In this document: positions 27,060-36,811 of the stretch, piece after piece
How the letters are laid out: the number at the start of each line of letters is the position of its first letter
Numbering within the stretch: the first letter of the stretch is position 1
Assembly (NCBI GenBank): GCA_041665445.1
Contig: JBAYIV010000001.1
Span: 6,334 to 70,333, forward strand
From: Minisyncoccota bacterium
GTDB lineage: Bacteria; Patescibacteriota; Minisyncoccia; UBA6257; JAGOQP01
Reading direction: 5' to 3'
Length of the DNA stretch: 64,000 nt
Position numbers and translations under genes: made by a program
The notes under the pieces: model-generated
Seen by the model: only the letters and a program-made list of their open reading frames with translations
The model's database searches: none
Told to the model about the DNA's origin: nothing

Positions 27060-28172
27060 TTATAAACCGCATTTTTGAATAGTCGCCGGTCCCCACAATC
27101 TCCAACTGCTCCCGTTTCCAGATAATTCGCACGCCTTTGCGATGTTATCGCTGGCACTCTGCGCGGCAGAGAGGCACTGCAAATACAACGCTCTATTGGT
27201 GACATTGCACGTCGGGTGACTGCCAGAAAAGGCATGATCAAAAGCGGTGGGACAATTCAGTCCACTAATGGTGTTTGCGCTGATGTTTATTTGAAATAGG
27301 CCAATGGAGACAGGGCTTCCATCGGCACATTTATCAGTGCCGCTTTGAGCCATTGGGTTCCCAGAACTTTCAATCATACAAACTCCACCAGCGATTTGAG
27401 CATTGCTTCCAAAACAAGAGCCCTGAAGCGCGGCCAGAGAGCACGGACCACTTGCCGGCGGCTGACATTGTCCTCCCGCTTGGCTCCCCACTGTTATTTG
27501 CAACGTGCAACTGTGTGTGGTGTCGTTCCCACCGCCCGTTGGGTCCGCCAGGATTGTCCCAAGAGACACGGTATATATTCCATTGTTTTGGAATGTGTGC
27601 GATGGTGAACCGTCTGAACTGCCAGCAGAACCATCTCCAAACGTCCAGGAAAAAGAGGCGGCCGCATCGACATCGGAAGAAAGAGCCACCGCAAGGGGAG
27701 ACGGACCAGACGATGGGGTCGCTGTGATAACACAGTCGCCGGTCCTGGCTCCAGAAGATGATCCCGAATTGCTCGGAAGCGTTGGGACGTTGGGCACTGT
27801 TGGATTTTTGAGATTGACCAACTCAGGATTGATAGTGTAGAGAATGATAAACCCGCCCAGCAACAGCACCACGCCGAAGATGGCGTTTTTGATAATATCA
27901 AGTGCGTCTCCTTTTGCCGCAGCATTGCCGCCGCTCGCCACATACTTCACACCTCCATACACGATCATAATCACCGCCGCACCGGCAACAATCCCGAGGG
28001 CATAATCATATAAACTTTTAACAAAATCGGCCGGGCTTTGTCCCTGTTGCGTAAACGAAGGCAGGCCCGCGCTGATAACATCAGCGTGCGCGGCGTGTCC
28101 AAAAAGACACAGAGCAATTCCGACAACCATTAAAAGAAAAACCTGTTTTTTTCGTAGATAACGCATGTTCAT
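27060..28172 (-). CDS. Membrane-anchored PKD-domain plus SLT-type lytic transglycosylase (VirB1-like function), 370 aa
   Basis: N-terminal TM region (…LGIVAGAAVIMIVYGGVKYVASGG…FGVVLLLGGFIILY…). PKD motif …FSWTFGDGSAGSSDGSPSHTFQNNGIYTVSL…. SLT motifs …MIESSGNP…GLFQI…. ATGA overlap with the upstream gene. Confidence 0.6.
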   Translation of the reverse strand: MNMRYLRKKQVFLLMVVGIALCLFGHAAHADVISAGLPSFTQQGQSPADFVKSLYDYALGIVAGAAVIMIVYGGVKYVASGGNAAAKGDALDIIKNAIFGVVLLLGGFIILYTINPELVNLKNPTVPNVPTLPSNSGSSSGARTGDCVITATPSSGPSPLAVALSSDVDAAASFSWTFGDGSAGSSDGSPSHTFQNNGIYTVSLGTILADPTGGGNDTTHSCTLQITVGSQAGGQCQPPASGPCSLAALQGSCFGSNAQIAGGVCMIESSGNPMAQSGTDKCADGSPVSIGLFQINISANTISGLNCPTAFDHAFSGSHPTCNVTNRALYLQCLSAAQSASDNIAKACELSGNGSSWRLWGPATIQKCGL

Positions 28173-28924
28173 CGAATAGAAAAGAAGTATGACGCCGATC
28201 CTTGCTCAATGCCGGACTGAGCAGGATTTGACACAACGGCCTGGACAGACTGGCTACCCGCCGCCGCATGCTGATCGAGATGAATAGACAGATGAGACGA
28301 ATCACTGCTCGATTGAGCCGTTGATCCATTGACCGTCCACTTGATGGAAAGCGCCTCTGGAGAAACGGTAAAAAAGAATGGAATAGCCGCAAGATTAATT
28401 ATCTGTCCGGGAGAGAACGAATCAACAAAAGGAGGCGCCTGGATAACAACCTGAGGAGAAACAACGGGAATAGTAAAATAACCCGATTGAATGGCGTTGT
28501 CGCCCATCGTTGGATCGGTGGTCTGCGTCGACACCTTGATATCAAGTTCGCCGCCGCCAAAAACTCTCTTATTCACAAAAAGAATGCTTCCCAAGCCAAT
28601 CCCATGGGCGACCAGATCACCATTAATAAACCACTTGACCGCTCGTCCATCGAGAGAAACAATTTTATTTCCTTGGAGCATCGTCACTGACAAAATAATC
28701 GAGCTTTGGTAGGTGGGCAGCACTTTCCCCGAATACCACGCTGGTGCGCCACCAACGGCGCGCCACGAGAAAAGAAACTGCGGCTGAGTACTCTGGTCTG
28801 CGGCACGAACAAATAAAGCGCCCCCCGACACAAATAAGAAGCTTAAAATAACCGCTCCGCATGCAACATATTTTTTCACATCAATTCTCATCTTTGGATT
28901 AGTATACCACATTCTTATACACAA
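28169..28924 (-). CDS. Secreted/membrane-anchored hypothetical protein, 251 aa
   Basis: N-terminal hydrophobic segment then a β-rich domain. 4-nt start/stop overlap with the downstream gene. Confidence 0.45.
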   Translation of the reverse strand: MCIRMWYTNPKMRIDVKKYVACGAVILSFLFVSGGALFVRAADQSTQPQFLFSWRAVGGAPAWYSGKVLPTYQSSIILSVTMLQGNKIVSLDGRAVKWFINGDLVAHGIGLGSILFVNKRVFGGGELDIKVSTQTTDPTMGDNAIQSGYFTIPVVSPQVVIQAPPFVDSFSPGQIINLAAIPFFFTVSPEALSIKWTVNGSTAQSSSDSSHLSIHLDQHAAAGSQSVQAVVSNPAQSGIEQGSASYFFSIR

Positions 28925-28929
28925 AAAAA

Positions 28930-29736
28930 CTATGCAGCCACATCAATATCATCATCGTTCCCATGCAAACGAGCGGGGGGAGCGCCTTGCTCACCAACGC
29001 CTTTTCCGCGCAAATCAACAACGTCACCGCCTTTGAGAGCCTGGCCGCCCAAAGAACTCTCTTGGGCGTCCTCTCTCTCGTCTTCTGAGTCTTTGTCAAA
29101 CAATTCCTTTCGTAATTCATCTCGCCGCCCCCGAAGCTTCCGCTCGGCATATTTAAGTCCCTTTTCTTTTGTTTTCTGCCCAAGCGTTTTTTCCGTTTCT
29201 TCTTGAGCCATCTCTTCTGCCCCTTTTTGGACCGTTTTTTCAACACCTTCCTCAACCGCCTTCTGGACGATTTTTTCCCCTCCCTGTTCTATCGCCTCTG
29301 TCGCGACCCGTCCGGCGGTTTCGGCCGCCACATCAACCGCTACTGCTCCTGCGGTTTCAGCACCAACAACACCAGCTTCCGCGGCAATGGTCGCGGGGGC
29401 CGCCGTTCCAACCGTAGCCGCTGTTACGGCGATAAGCGCAACAGTAACGGCGGCAAATTCAATAAGCTTGTTAGAGAGCACGATGCCCACAATCAAACCA
29501 ATAATCAGCACCGGCAAAGGAAGTATAAACGAGGCAATAATCACAACCCGTGGAATAAAGTGATGAAATTTGGGGAGCAAAATAAATCCGACAAAAAGCG
29601 CGGCCGTGTAATGGATGATGATGGTCCAGAAAAAGAAGTCACCCACAAAAGCGCAGACAAAAACAAGAAGAATCATTGGCTCAAGAAAATCTATCTCCTT
29701 GAGAGCGTCAAACTCTGCGATTTTTGAGATGTCCAT
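28930..29736 (-). CDS. Polytopic membrane protein with an Ala-rich and strongly acidic/basic C-terminal tail, 268 aa
   Basis: 3-4 TM helices, then AAETAG repeats and a K/E-rich tail. Confidence 0.45.
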   Translation of the reverse strand: MDISKIAEFDALKEIDFLEPMILLVFVCAFVGDFFFWTIIIHYTAALFVGFILLPKFHHFIPRVVIIASFILPLPVLIIGLIVGIVLSNKLIEFAAVTVALIAVTAATVGTAAPATIAAEAGVVGAETAGAVAVDVAAETAGRVATEAIEQGGEKIVQKAVEEGVEKTVQKGAEEMAQEETEKTLGQKTKEKGLKYAERKLRGRRDELRKELFDKDSEDEREDAQESSLGGQALKGGDVVDLRGKGVGEQGAPPARLHGNDDDIDVAA

Positions 29737-29782
29737 ACAAACAGTATATTACACCGCCACAGTCCCCCTCCCAAGAAACAGA

Positions 29783-31549
29783 TTACTGCCCCATAAGATC
29801 GCCCCCCTCTTCGCCGAGCAATTCTTGCGGCTTGGTGGTCACCACTCGATTTTCAAAGAATGACGCCACCACCTGAATGGCCACATGTTTCAATCCCGCA
29901 AAAAACAATCCTTGCCCCACGCCGGACTCAAGCAATAGATTTTTTTCCGCATCGGTAAGATTAAATGTTTTGCCGATGATATCGATACTTGCCGGCGCTT
30001 GTTTGAGTAAGAGCTGAAGCGACGAGTTGGTAATAATCGGCTTGCCATAGGGAGAACCAAGAAAGTCCTCCACCTCCTGCGTGATCGTGGTCAATCCCAG
30101 ATAATATTTGCGGCCGCGCTTTGCTAGCCCGAATAAAAACGCTGCGCCCTCCGGATATTTCATCAACACCCACGCTTCATCGATAACCAGCAAACGACGC
30201 TTGAGCTCCGATCGAACAATGTTCCAAATAAAGTTCAAAATCACATACATCGCGATCGGCCGCAGCTCTTCGTCCAAATCGCGCATTGAAAAAACAATCA
30301 AGCGGTTCCGCAAATCAATATTGGTGCGATGGTTGATAAAGCCGACGTAACTGCCTTCGGTAAACCGATAGAGCTTTTCGCCCATACTGCGCCCTCCCTC
30401 CATATTATGCAACACCGTCTGCAGATCCGACAAAAGTGGCGGATCGATTTTCAAAAAATTCGGATTGTCCGGCGTAATATCATACGAAGCGTACGTTTCC
30501 GTCAGTGCACGATCAAGCAGTGACTCCTCCTCAACGCTGATGTCGCCCAACATAATTTTCAAAAGACCCGTCAGGTTGAGAATGTGCGAACGGAAAACGT
30601 CGGCGGGATCTTCACCCTTGGGAACCTGCGGGATATCGAACGGATTAATATGCTGATCGGACGTTAAAGAAATTTTGAAATAAGTACCCCCAACCGAATC
30701 GCACAAATTTTTATATTCATCTTCCGGATCAATAACAATAACATCGGTCCCAATCATCAGCGACCGAAGAATCTCGAGTTTGCTTGCATATGATTTTCCG
30801 GATCCAGATTTGGCGAAAATAACCATGTTGCCGTTTTCCAGCGAAAAACGGTCGAAAATAACCAGCGAATTATTGTGCTGATTAATGCCGTAGAGAATAC
30901 CTGTTTCAGACGTGAGCTCGGTTGAGACGAAAGGGAAAAACGACGACACGGGGCCCGAATTCATCGGTGTCGTAATCATCAACTTGTCCTGCCCAAGCGG
31001 CAAGCACGAGGTGAGCCCCTCAATCTGCTGGAAAATAGCCGGCTTAATATAAATCAACTTACTTTCAAAAATATTTATTACCGTTTCCTCTAAGTCGTCC
31101 AGCTTCTTCAGCGAGTCGGCATAGATGGTGATGTAGACCGAGGTATCAAAAAGCCGTTCGCGAGCCTGTTGCAGGCTGTCGCGCAACGACTCAATGTCGG
31201 AAAATGCCGTCTCCAGCATCGGGTCGCGCACAAATCCCTTTTCTTGCCGATCGGAAAGTTCGGCCTCTATCTGCGCCGCCTTTTTGCGCAAATTCCGCAA
31301 CGCGAGCGCCGTATCAACGGGATGAACGAAGATTGACGCATCAAAATATTGCGGCAAGTTGATGATCGCCGAAAACCATCCCGTCGAAAGATACCGTGGA
31401 TACGAAAACACAAACAATGTGCGCGCAAACCGCTCGCCTATTTTGACATAGCTTTGGTTAACCTCCATGGCCGCGGGCGCGATGAGATTTTCCATGTCTC
31501 CCTCTTCTTGACCTGCGTATGGTTTTAAAACACGTATTTGATCTGCCAT
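29783..31549 (-). CDS. virB4: VirB4/TrbE/CagE-family T4SS ATPase, C-terminal ATPase portion (588 aa)
   Basis: Walker A …IFAKSGSGKSYASK…. Walker B …VIDEAWVLM…. Length and motif order match the VirB4 ATPase domain. Confidence 0.85.
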   Translation of the reverse strand: MADQIRVLKPYAGQEEGDMENLIAPAAMEVNQSYVKIGERFARTLFVFSYPRYLSTGWFSAIINLPQYFDASIFVHPVDTALALRNLRKKAAQIEAELSDRQEKGFVRDPMLETAFSDIESLRDSLQQARERLFDTSVYITIYADSLKKLDDLEETVINIFESKLIYIKPAIFQQIEGLTSCLPLGQDKLMITTPMNSGPVSSFFPFVSTELTSETGILYGINQHNNSLVIFDRFSLENGNMVIFAKSGSGKSYASKLEILRSLMIGTDVIVIDPEDEYKNLCDSVGGTYFKISLTSDQHINPFDIPQVPKGEDPADVFRSHILNLTGLLKIMLGDISVEEESLLDRALTETYASYDITPDNPNFLKIDPPLLSDLQTVLHNMEGGRSMGEKLYRFTEGSYVGFINHRTNIDLRNRLIVFSMRDLDEELRPIAMYVILNFIWNIVRSELKRRLLVIDEAWVLMKYPEGAAFLFGLAKRGRKYYLGLTTITQEVEDFLGSPYGKPIITNSSLQLLLKQAPASIDIIGKTFNLTDAEKNLLLESGVGQGLFFAGLKHVAIQVVASFFENRVVTTKPQELLGEEGGDLMGQ

Positions 31550-31561
31550 AAAATATGCTCG

Positions 31562-32260
31562 TTATGCCGCACCGCGCGGGGATGGGTGCGCTGTTTCTTT
31601 GGGAAGCTTTTTTTCTATTGTTTCCGGATTGTAGAGATTGTAGTAGAGCTCGGTCAACTCGCCGTCGTTGAGCACCACCGCACGCAAACCAATCTGCGAC
31701 AAGCCCGCGATAACTTGATCAACGCGTTGCTGCAATTGCACCGTCTGCTCCTCAAACGATTCTTGCTCCTCTGTTTTGTTTCCCTTCTTTTTCATAAAAG
31801 GAATGAAATCAGTAATGCTGCGACGCACTTCTTTCAACCCGCCGCTATCATACGGGATAATGGTAAAAAAAGTTTTGGTCATAATCTCATTATTTTTGAC
31901 CAACCCGCCAATATATTCAATGTATTCAGCTGTTTGCGTTTTGAGCAGCTGGCTTGTTTCCGCAACACGGATTTCCTCCATGCGCGCCAGATACGCATCA
32001 ATATTAAGTTTGCGCGAATGGACGATGGTCTGCAAAGAGAAGTCTAGTCCATTGAGAAAGTTTTGGTACGACGACGTGATGATGTCCTGTTCTTCTTGGG
32101 ATTTTAAGTCAAAATTGATCCCCGCCACCATTACCACGGCACGCAAACCACCGCTTTTAAGCGAAACCACCCCGTTTTTAATCTGTTTAACGTCAACAAA
32201 CCGCTGGGTCGAATCAGGCGCAACGGTTATTTTTTCTTTTTCAGTAATGCCTTGGGCCAT
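31562..32260 (-). CDS. VirB4 N-terminal domain encoded as a separate ORF (same frame as 29783..31549, separated by TAA + 4 codons)
   Basis: …VDVKQIKNGVVSLKSGGLRAVVMVAGINFDLKSQEEQDIITSSYQNFLNGLDFSLQTIVHSR… resembles the VirB4 N-terminal (CagE_TrbE_VirB) region. Start trimmed to MAQGITEK to avoid overlap with the VirB3-like gene. Confidence 0.5.
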   Translation of the reverse strand: MAQGITEKEKITVAPDSTQRFVDVKQIKNGVVSLKSGGLRAVVMVAGINFDLKSQEEQDIITSSYQNFLNGLDFSLQTIVHSRKLNIDAYLARMEEIRVAETSQLLKTQTAEYIEYIGGLVKNNEIMTKTFFTIIPYDSGGLKEVRRSITDFIPFMKKKGNKTEEQESFEEQTVQLQQRVDQVIAGLSQIGLRAVVLNDGELTELYYNLYNPETIEKKLPKETAHPSPRGAA

Positions 32261-32306
32261 ACAATACAATAAGTATACACGAAAAGAAGCCGCAAACAAA
32301 AAAGTC

Positions 32307-32831
32307 CTAGCGATAATCAATGCGCCGAGCAACTTCTTTCTCGCCGGTTGTCCGGCGGAAAACCTCAAATTGTTCCCGCACATCTTCAAGTTTCGGTTGC
32401 GGTTCTTTTTCCCGATGAGGGATGGGATTGCGGGTCGTGGAAAGCTCTTGCCACAATTTTGCCACGTTTGAATTTTTCTGCTGCGTTTCCCCCAGCGCCT
32501 GTCGTCGCGCGGCGATGACGACCGTGGGAATGGTGATCATTTCTTGTATCACGGGGCGTTTCCACAAAAAAACCTTGGGGCCCCAGAAAAATTCAACGGC
32601 GTAGATAGTGAGCATATAGAGCGGCCGCTCGTTTATCTTGATAAACGCAAATGATGCACCAGCACCCATGAGAATAATCGCCACCGGTATCCACGCCCAC
32701 AAAGCAAGGGTAAAGTAGAGGAAAAAACACGCCAGCGCTGACGTGGCGACAAAGCCGAATTGCTTGATGGTCAACGGACCAACAATCTTGCTTTCAGTAT
32801 CTATAAATTGAGGAACTTCAAACTGAGCCAT
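32307..32831 (-). CDS. VirB3/PrgI-like small membrane protein, 174 aa
   Basis: Two TM helices near the N-terminus (…FVATSALACFFLYFTLALWAWIPVAIILMGAGASFAF…). Sits immediately upstream of VirB4, as in T4SS loci. Confidence 0.45.
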   Translation of the reverse strand: MAQFEVPQFIDTESKIVGPLTIKQFGFVATSALACFFLYFTLALWAWIPVAIILMGAGASFAFIKINERPLYMLTIYAVEFFWGPKVFLWKRPVIQEMITIPTVVIAARRQALGETQQKNSNVAKLWQELSTTRNPIPHREKEPQPKLEDVREQFEVFRRTTGEKEVARRIDYR

Positions 32832-32882
32832 AAATCTTTCTTAGTATATCCCACCGCCGCTCTTTGTACAAAGCACAAAGAA

Positions 32883-34625
32883 TTATGATTTTCTAAAAAA
32901 AGAGAAGAACCCTCGCTTTTTTTGAGGAGCGGAAACTACCGGTGTTTGGCCATAGCCAACCGCCGGATATTGATCGTGTTTATCAACAGAGATGCCGACG
33001 GTTTGCGCGGCCCCCTGCGATGGTGGGGGAACTTGTACGTCAGCGACCGCTGGTGCCGCGCTTTGATGCGACGGCTGACTAGAAAGATTTTTTGAAAACC
33101 CACTATAGGAAAGGTTTTGATACTGTGATCCCGACCGCGCCTGCGCAACAGACGGATCGTCTCGCTTATGAATGATAACCGGACCCATGTCCACAACTTC
33201 ATTGGGGTCGATTGGTTTTTTATTCACCTCCTGTTGGCGAGGCAAACCCATACCACTCACCATAGGCGCGTCGGCATCTTTTGGTGCCGGAGTCGACGAG
33301 GCTAATGGCGCCATCTTCATGGGGCGAGATGGCATTGCCTCGTGCGCGGGCTGACCCGCCTGATATGGGTTACCCGAGGAGGAACCACCCTCTTCGCGCG
33401 TTTGTCTGACCTCAACGACAACATCGGGTTGCCGTGGCGCCTGTGCCGGTGGAGCCCATTGTATTGGACGAACTTGCGGCGGTGCCTGTTCTGGTTCTGC
33501 GACGCGTCCCGTTGGTTGGTTTAAAACCGGTTGAGTATTTATATTGCCGCCAAACGCAGAGGTTTGAGTGGGGAGGGGTTGTGGAGCGTTGTTCTGCGGA
33601 GCAATCGATACATTGACCGATGCTGGACTTGTGGGAGGCGTTGTTTCAATGGTTTTTTGAGAGATTTTTGTTTCCTGAGGATGAATAACAGGTGCTGACG
33701 GTAATGGAAGAATTTCTTTTTTCTCATTAGGATGTATTGGCTTTCCTGCTATTGGATGCGGCACGGGCATCACCTCCGGAAGACGCGAGTCTTCAATGAC
33801 CGGCAAAAGATCATGTTCTGGTTTTTTTATTTTTGGATCAAGTGCGCCGCTCGGCTTAACCGATGCCGGAGAAGATGGGTGGCGAGCGTTGAGCAGTGCG
33901 GAGTCGTCCGATGGTGCCGCGGCTGGCTGGCCCATGATGCGGCGAGAAGCGGCAATGTTCTCATTTTCTATCCCCCATAAGTCTTTAGTTGAAAGCGAAA
34001 AAATATCTTTCTCTGAATCCGGCGAAGGCGGAACGGGACGGCGAGATGCTCCCTCAACGTCTTGTTTTTTCTGGATAATGGACGGCTCAGATGATGGACT
34101 GGTTTCTTTTTGCTGAAGCGGACGGGACGCACGCGGCGGGACAAACGCACCAGTACCTCCCGATTCTTTCATCGCAAGAATTCTGGGACCCGCTTCTTCT
34201 TTTTTAAGGTTCACTGTTCCCTCGGGCTCGGGCGTTTTAAGATTTATTTGAGAAACAACGTCTGGTTTTTGAACGCTCGCCGCATCAATCACGCCCACTT
34301 TGAATTTCAAATAATTATCCTCGATGTCTTTGCGAATCGGCTCAAAAAGATTAGCGTCAATTTCTTGATATACCGCCAAGGCCGTTTTCTCATTAACCGC
34401 AAGCACTTCTTGAAGCTCGCGCATCGCGTCGCGATAGGGAAGAAAACCGAGAAAAACAAGATCGACGATTTTTTCTAGATCGTATCTATTATCGGGAGTT
34501 ATTTGATTTTTTTCAGCTATGCGATCAAGGTGATGGTCGTTGACAATAGAAAAAATAGCATCTCTTAAAACTTGCGAGATGTTTTCCCATCTTTCATTTA
34601 TCTGTTCACGAGAAATTCTAATCAT
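32883..34625 (-). CDS. Pro/Gln/Ser-rich, largely disordered protein with a structured roughly 115-aa N-terminal domain, 580 aa
   Basis: Continuous ORF in operon orientation. Composition is dominated by P, Q, S and A. No family recognised. Confidence 0.45.
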   Translation of the reverse strand: MIRISREQINERWENISQVLRDAIFSIVNDHHLDRIAEKNQITPDNRYDLEKIVDLVFLGFLPYRDAMRELQEVLAVNEKTALAVYQEIDANLFEPIRKDIEDNYLKFKVGVIDAASVQKPDVVSQINLKTPEPEGTVNLKKEEAGPRILAMKESGGTGAFVPPRASRPLQQKETSPSSEPSIIQKKQDVEGASRRPVPPSPDSEKDIFSLSTKDLWGIENENIAASRRIMGQPAAAPSDDSALLNARHPSSPASVKPSGALDPKIKKPEHDLLPVIEDSRLPEVMPVPHPIAGKPIHPNEKKEILPLPSAPVIHPQETKISQKTIETTPPTSPASVNVSIAPQNNAPQPLPTQTSAFGGNINTQPVLNQPTGRVAEPEQAPPQVRPIQWAPPAQAPRQPDVVVEVRQTREEGGSSSGNPYQAGQPAHEAMPSRPMKMAPLASSTPAPKDADAPMVSGMGLPRQQEVNKKPIDPNEVVDMGPVIIHKRDDPSVAQARSGSQYQNLSYSGFSKNLSSQPSHQSAAPAVADVQVPPPSQGAAQTVGISVDKHDQYPAVGYGQTPVVSAPQKKRGFFSFFRKS

Positions 34626-34650
34626 TGCTTTGTTGATGTGTGTAAAAAAC

Positions 34651-36750
34651 CTATACCAACTTCATTGCGTCACCAAATGCTTTGACGCGGGCATTTTTTG
34701 ACTTCCTCATCTCCGGAGCTAGTTTGGTAATGTCGCCACGTATGGCAGCAAATTTCACTGTCTCCGCCAACTCATCGGCAATTTGCTTATCAAGATTCAC
34801 CTTTCTCTCAACCAAAACCTCTACCTTCTTTTTGGACGCGACGACCGGTCTTCTGTTTTTGATGTCATCTTGATACTCTGTTTGTGCATTATTAATTTCT
34901 GCTTGCAATTTTGTTGGCAGATCGCGCTTATTGTCGGCGACCTGAGTGCTGTATTCATCCAGAACCACACCAGCCCCGTCCATAAAGAATTTCTCGCGAT
35001 CATTGGAATTGGTTATTTGAGCCGCCGTAGCCCTTGTTTTTGCCGGATCATCATAGGCAAGGTTATGTGTCTGATTACGATAGTCAATACTGGCTCCAGT
35101 GCCAAATTTTGCATTTAAGGCGCTGACGCCATTCTTGTCGGCAAAATATTTTCCTTGAGCGATGGCTTTCCCATCGTTTTTCATAAAACGAGCGTAATCA
35201 TCGGACGACATCACGGAAACCGCTTTGCCTGTTTCGGTCATGAACCGAGCCCTGTCGCCGGCCGCATATGCTTGAATCGCGCCTTCATTTAATCCGCGCG
35301 CAGCCAAAACAGCTTGCGCCTCTTTTCCTTTAGGGTTGTCTTTTTTCAATCCTTCATGAAGCGCAATTATTTCCCCCATACTATATTTCCCGCCGTCTCC
35401 ATCGGCCAAAACTTGAGCCATCGCCAATCGCCCCTGCGGACCGCCAATCATTCTTGCTAGTTCGGCTTTTTGTTTTCCGGTACCAGCGAGCTTTGCCTCA
35501 ACGTACGCTTTAGATTTTTCTTCCATAGCTTGAGTCCCCCGCGCATGCATTTGTGCCGCAGAGTCAAGGAACAGCGCTTTCCCCAGAGTTGTGCTCCCCG
35601 CCTTATTGAGTCCACCCTGGAGCTTTGCCCGCATGCTCTTGTCTCCCCCTGCGTTATAGGCACGGTTAGCGCCCCGCGTTCCATATTCCTTTGCTTTGCC
35701 CTTGGTATAATCGGCGACTTTCTTTGCGGAGCCGGTGGCCATCTGACCCCCATAGACACCAATTTTTGACGCCACCATCATGCCACCCATCAGCATAGCA
35801 ACCGCCATCAGCGACCCAACGATATTACTAAACGGCATCCCCGAAACCACATCTCCTCCTTTGGTGGTTAAGGCAGACATAAAACCGCTAAATCCCGGAT
35901 CCTGCGCCCGCCCGCCCACGCCGTTAATTGAGGCATAGAGCTGCATTGATAAATTAAGAAAAAACAAAACAGCCGGAGGGAAAATCATCCATTTTATAAA
36001 TTCATCCCACCAAGATTTCCAGTGTTTTTGCGTTGTGGGGAAAATCCACAGTAACCACACAATAGGCGAAAGCATCATTAAAAACGCCACAAAAAAGTAT
36101 CGCACCAGTAAAATAATGGCAAAACTCAACAATGTCATAAAAATAATAACCTGGATGAAAATACCAACGAGCGCTGTTATGGTGTCACTGATGTCGCTTG
36201 CGGCACTTGAAAAGAAAAAGGTTTTTATTTTATCCATCGCGGTAGAACTCGCATTCGTATACACAAGCGGGTTAAGCGCGCTCACCGTTTTTTCCGCCGC
36301 AATCAACGCCATGTCCCCGGCCGATCCGGTTCCCGATCCGGTCCCGCCCGCGATTGCCGTAAGATAATAATCGGAAAAATTTTGAGACACCACGAGAAAC
36401 GGCGAGATAATAGCCAAGCTAAAATTTACCAAGAGCGCCGCCACGATGAGTTTCCATAAAATCTGAGATGCGGAATAATTTTTCCAACGAAAAATAGTTG
36501 CAAAAGCAATAATAATAATCCCCAGGACAAATCCCAAATTTGCCAGATCACGAAACATTGACCACCCCTGCAAAATAAAACTATTCATTCCGTTCCAATC
36601 AAGATGCGTCAACGTTGAATTAAGCCACAACGCAAGAGCCACCAATAAACTGGCAAGTTTAATTAAAACCGTCACCAAACCCATGAGAAGCGTGGCGAGG
36701 GCCTTAACCACCGTGGCAACACTTGGCAAAAAACCTGTAAAAAGTGGCAT
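34651..36750 (-). CDS. VirB6/TrbL-like polytopic membrane protein with a hydrophilic C-terminal extension, 699 aa
   Basis: 6-8 TM helices in the N-terminal 330 aa (…IIIAFATIFRW…, …ALVGIFIQVIIFMTLLSFAIILLVRYFFVAFLMMLSPIVWLLWIFP…), then a soluble K/A/G-rich domain. Located in a T4SS locus. Confidence 0.55.
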   Translation of the reverse strand: MPLFTGFLPSVATVVKALATLLMGLVTVLIKLASLLVALALWLNSTLTHLDWNGMNSFILQGWSMFRDLANLGFVLGIIIIAFATIFRWKNYSASQILWKLIVAALLVNFSLAIISPFLVVSQNFSDYYLTAIAGGTGSGTGSAGDMALIAAEKTVSALNPLVYTNASSTAMDKIKTFFFSSAASDISDTITALVGIFIQVIIFMTLLSFAIILLVRYFFVAFLMMLSPIVWLLWIFPTTQKHWKSWWDEFIKWMIFPPAVLFFLNLSMQLYASINGVGGRAQDPGFSGFMSALTTKGGDVVSGMPFSNIVGSLMAVAMLMGGMMVASKIGVYGGQMATGSAKKVADYTKGKAKEYGTRGANRAYNAGGDKSMRAKLQGGLNKAGSTTLGKALFLDSAAQMHARGTQAMEEKSKAYVEAKLAGTGKQKAELARMIGGPQGRLAMAQVLADGDGGKYSMGEIIALHEGLKKDNPKGKEAQAVLAARGLNEGAIQAYAAGDRARFMTETGKAVSVMSSDDYARFMKNDGKAIAQGKYFADKNGVSALNAKFGTGASIDYRNQTHNLAYDDPAKTRATAAQITNSNDREKFFMDGAGVVLDEYSTQVADNKRDLPTKLQAEINNAQTEYQDDIKNRRPVVASKKKVEVLVERKVNLDKQIADELAETVKFAAIRGDITKLAPEMRKSKNARVKAFGDAMKLV

Positions 36751-36811
36751 GCCTATATATGTTAGATAATGTTAGCTTGTCTCCAGAACAACCAGCTTGC
36801 CTCGGAATTAA

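Noticed and set aside
28899-29255. 118-aa Lys-rich minus-strand ORF overlapping the 3' part of gene 28930..29736
   Set aside because: Alternative frame through the GAA/AAG-rich tail-coding region of the membrane protein. Out of operon logic.
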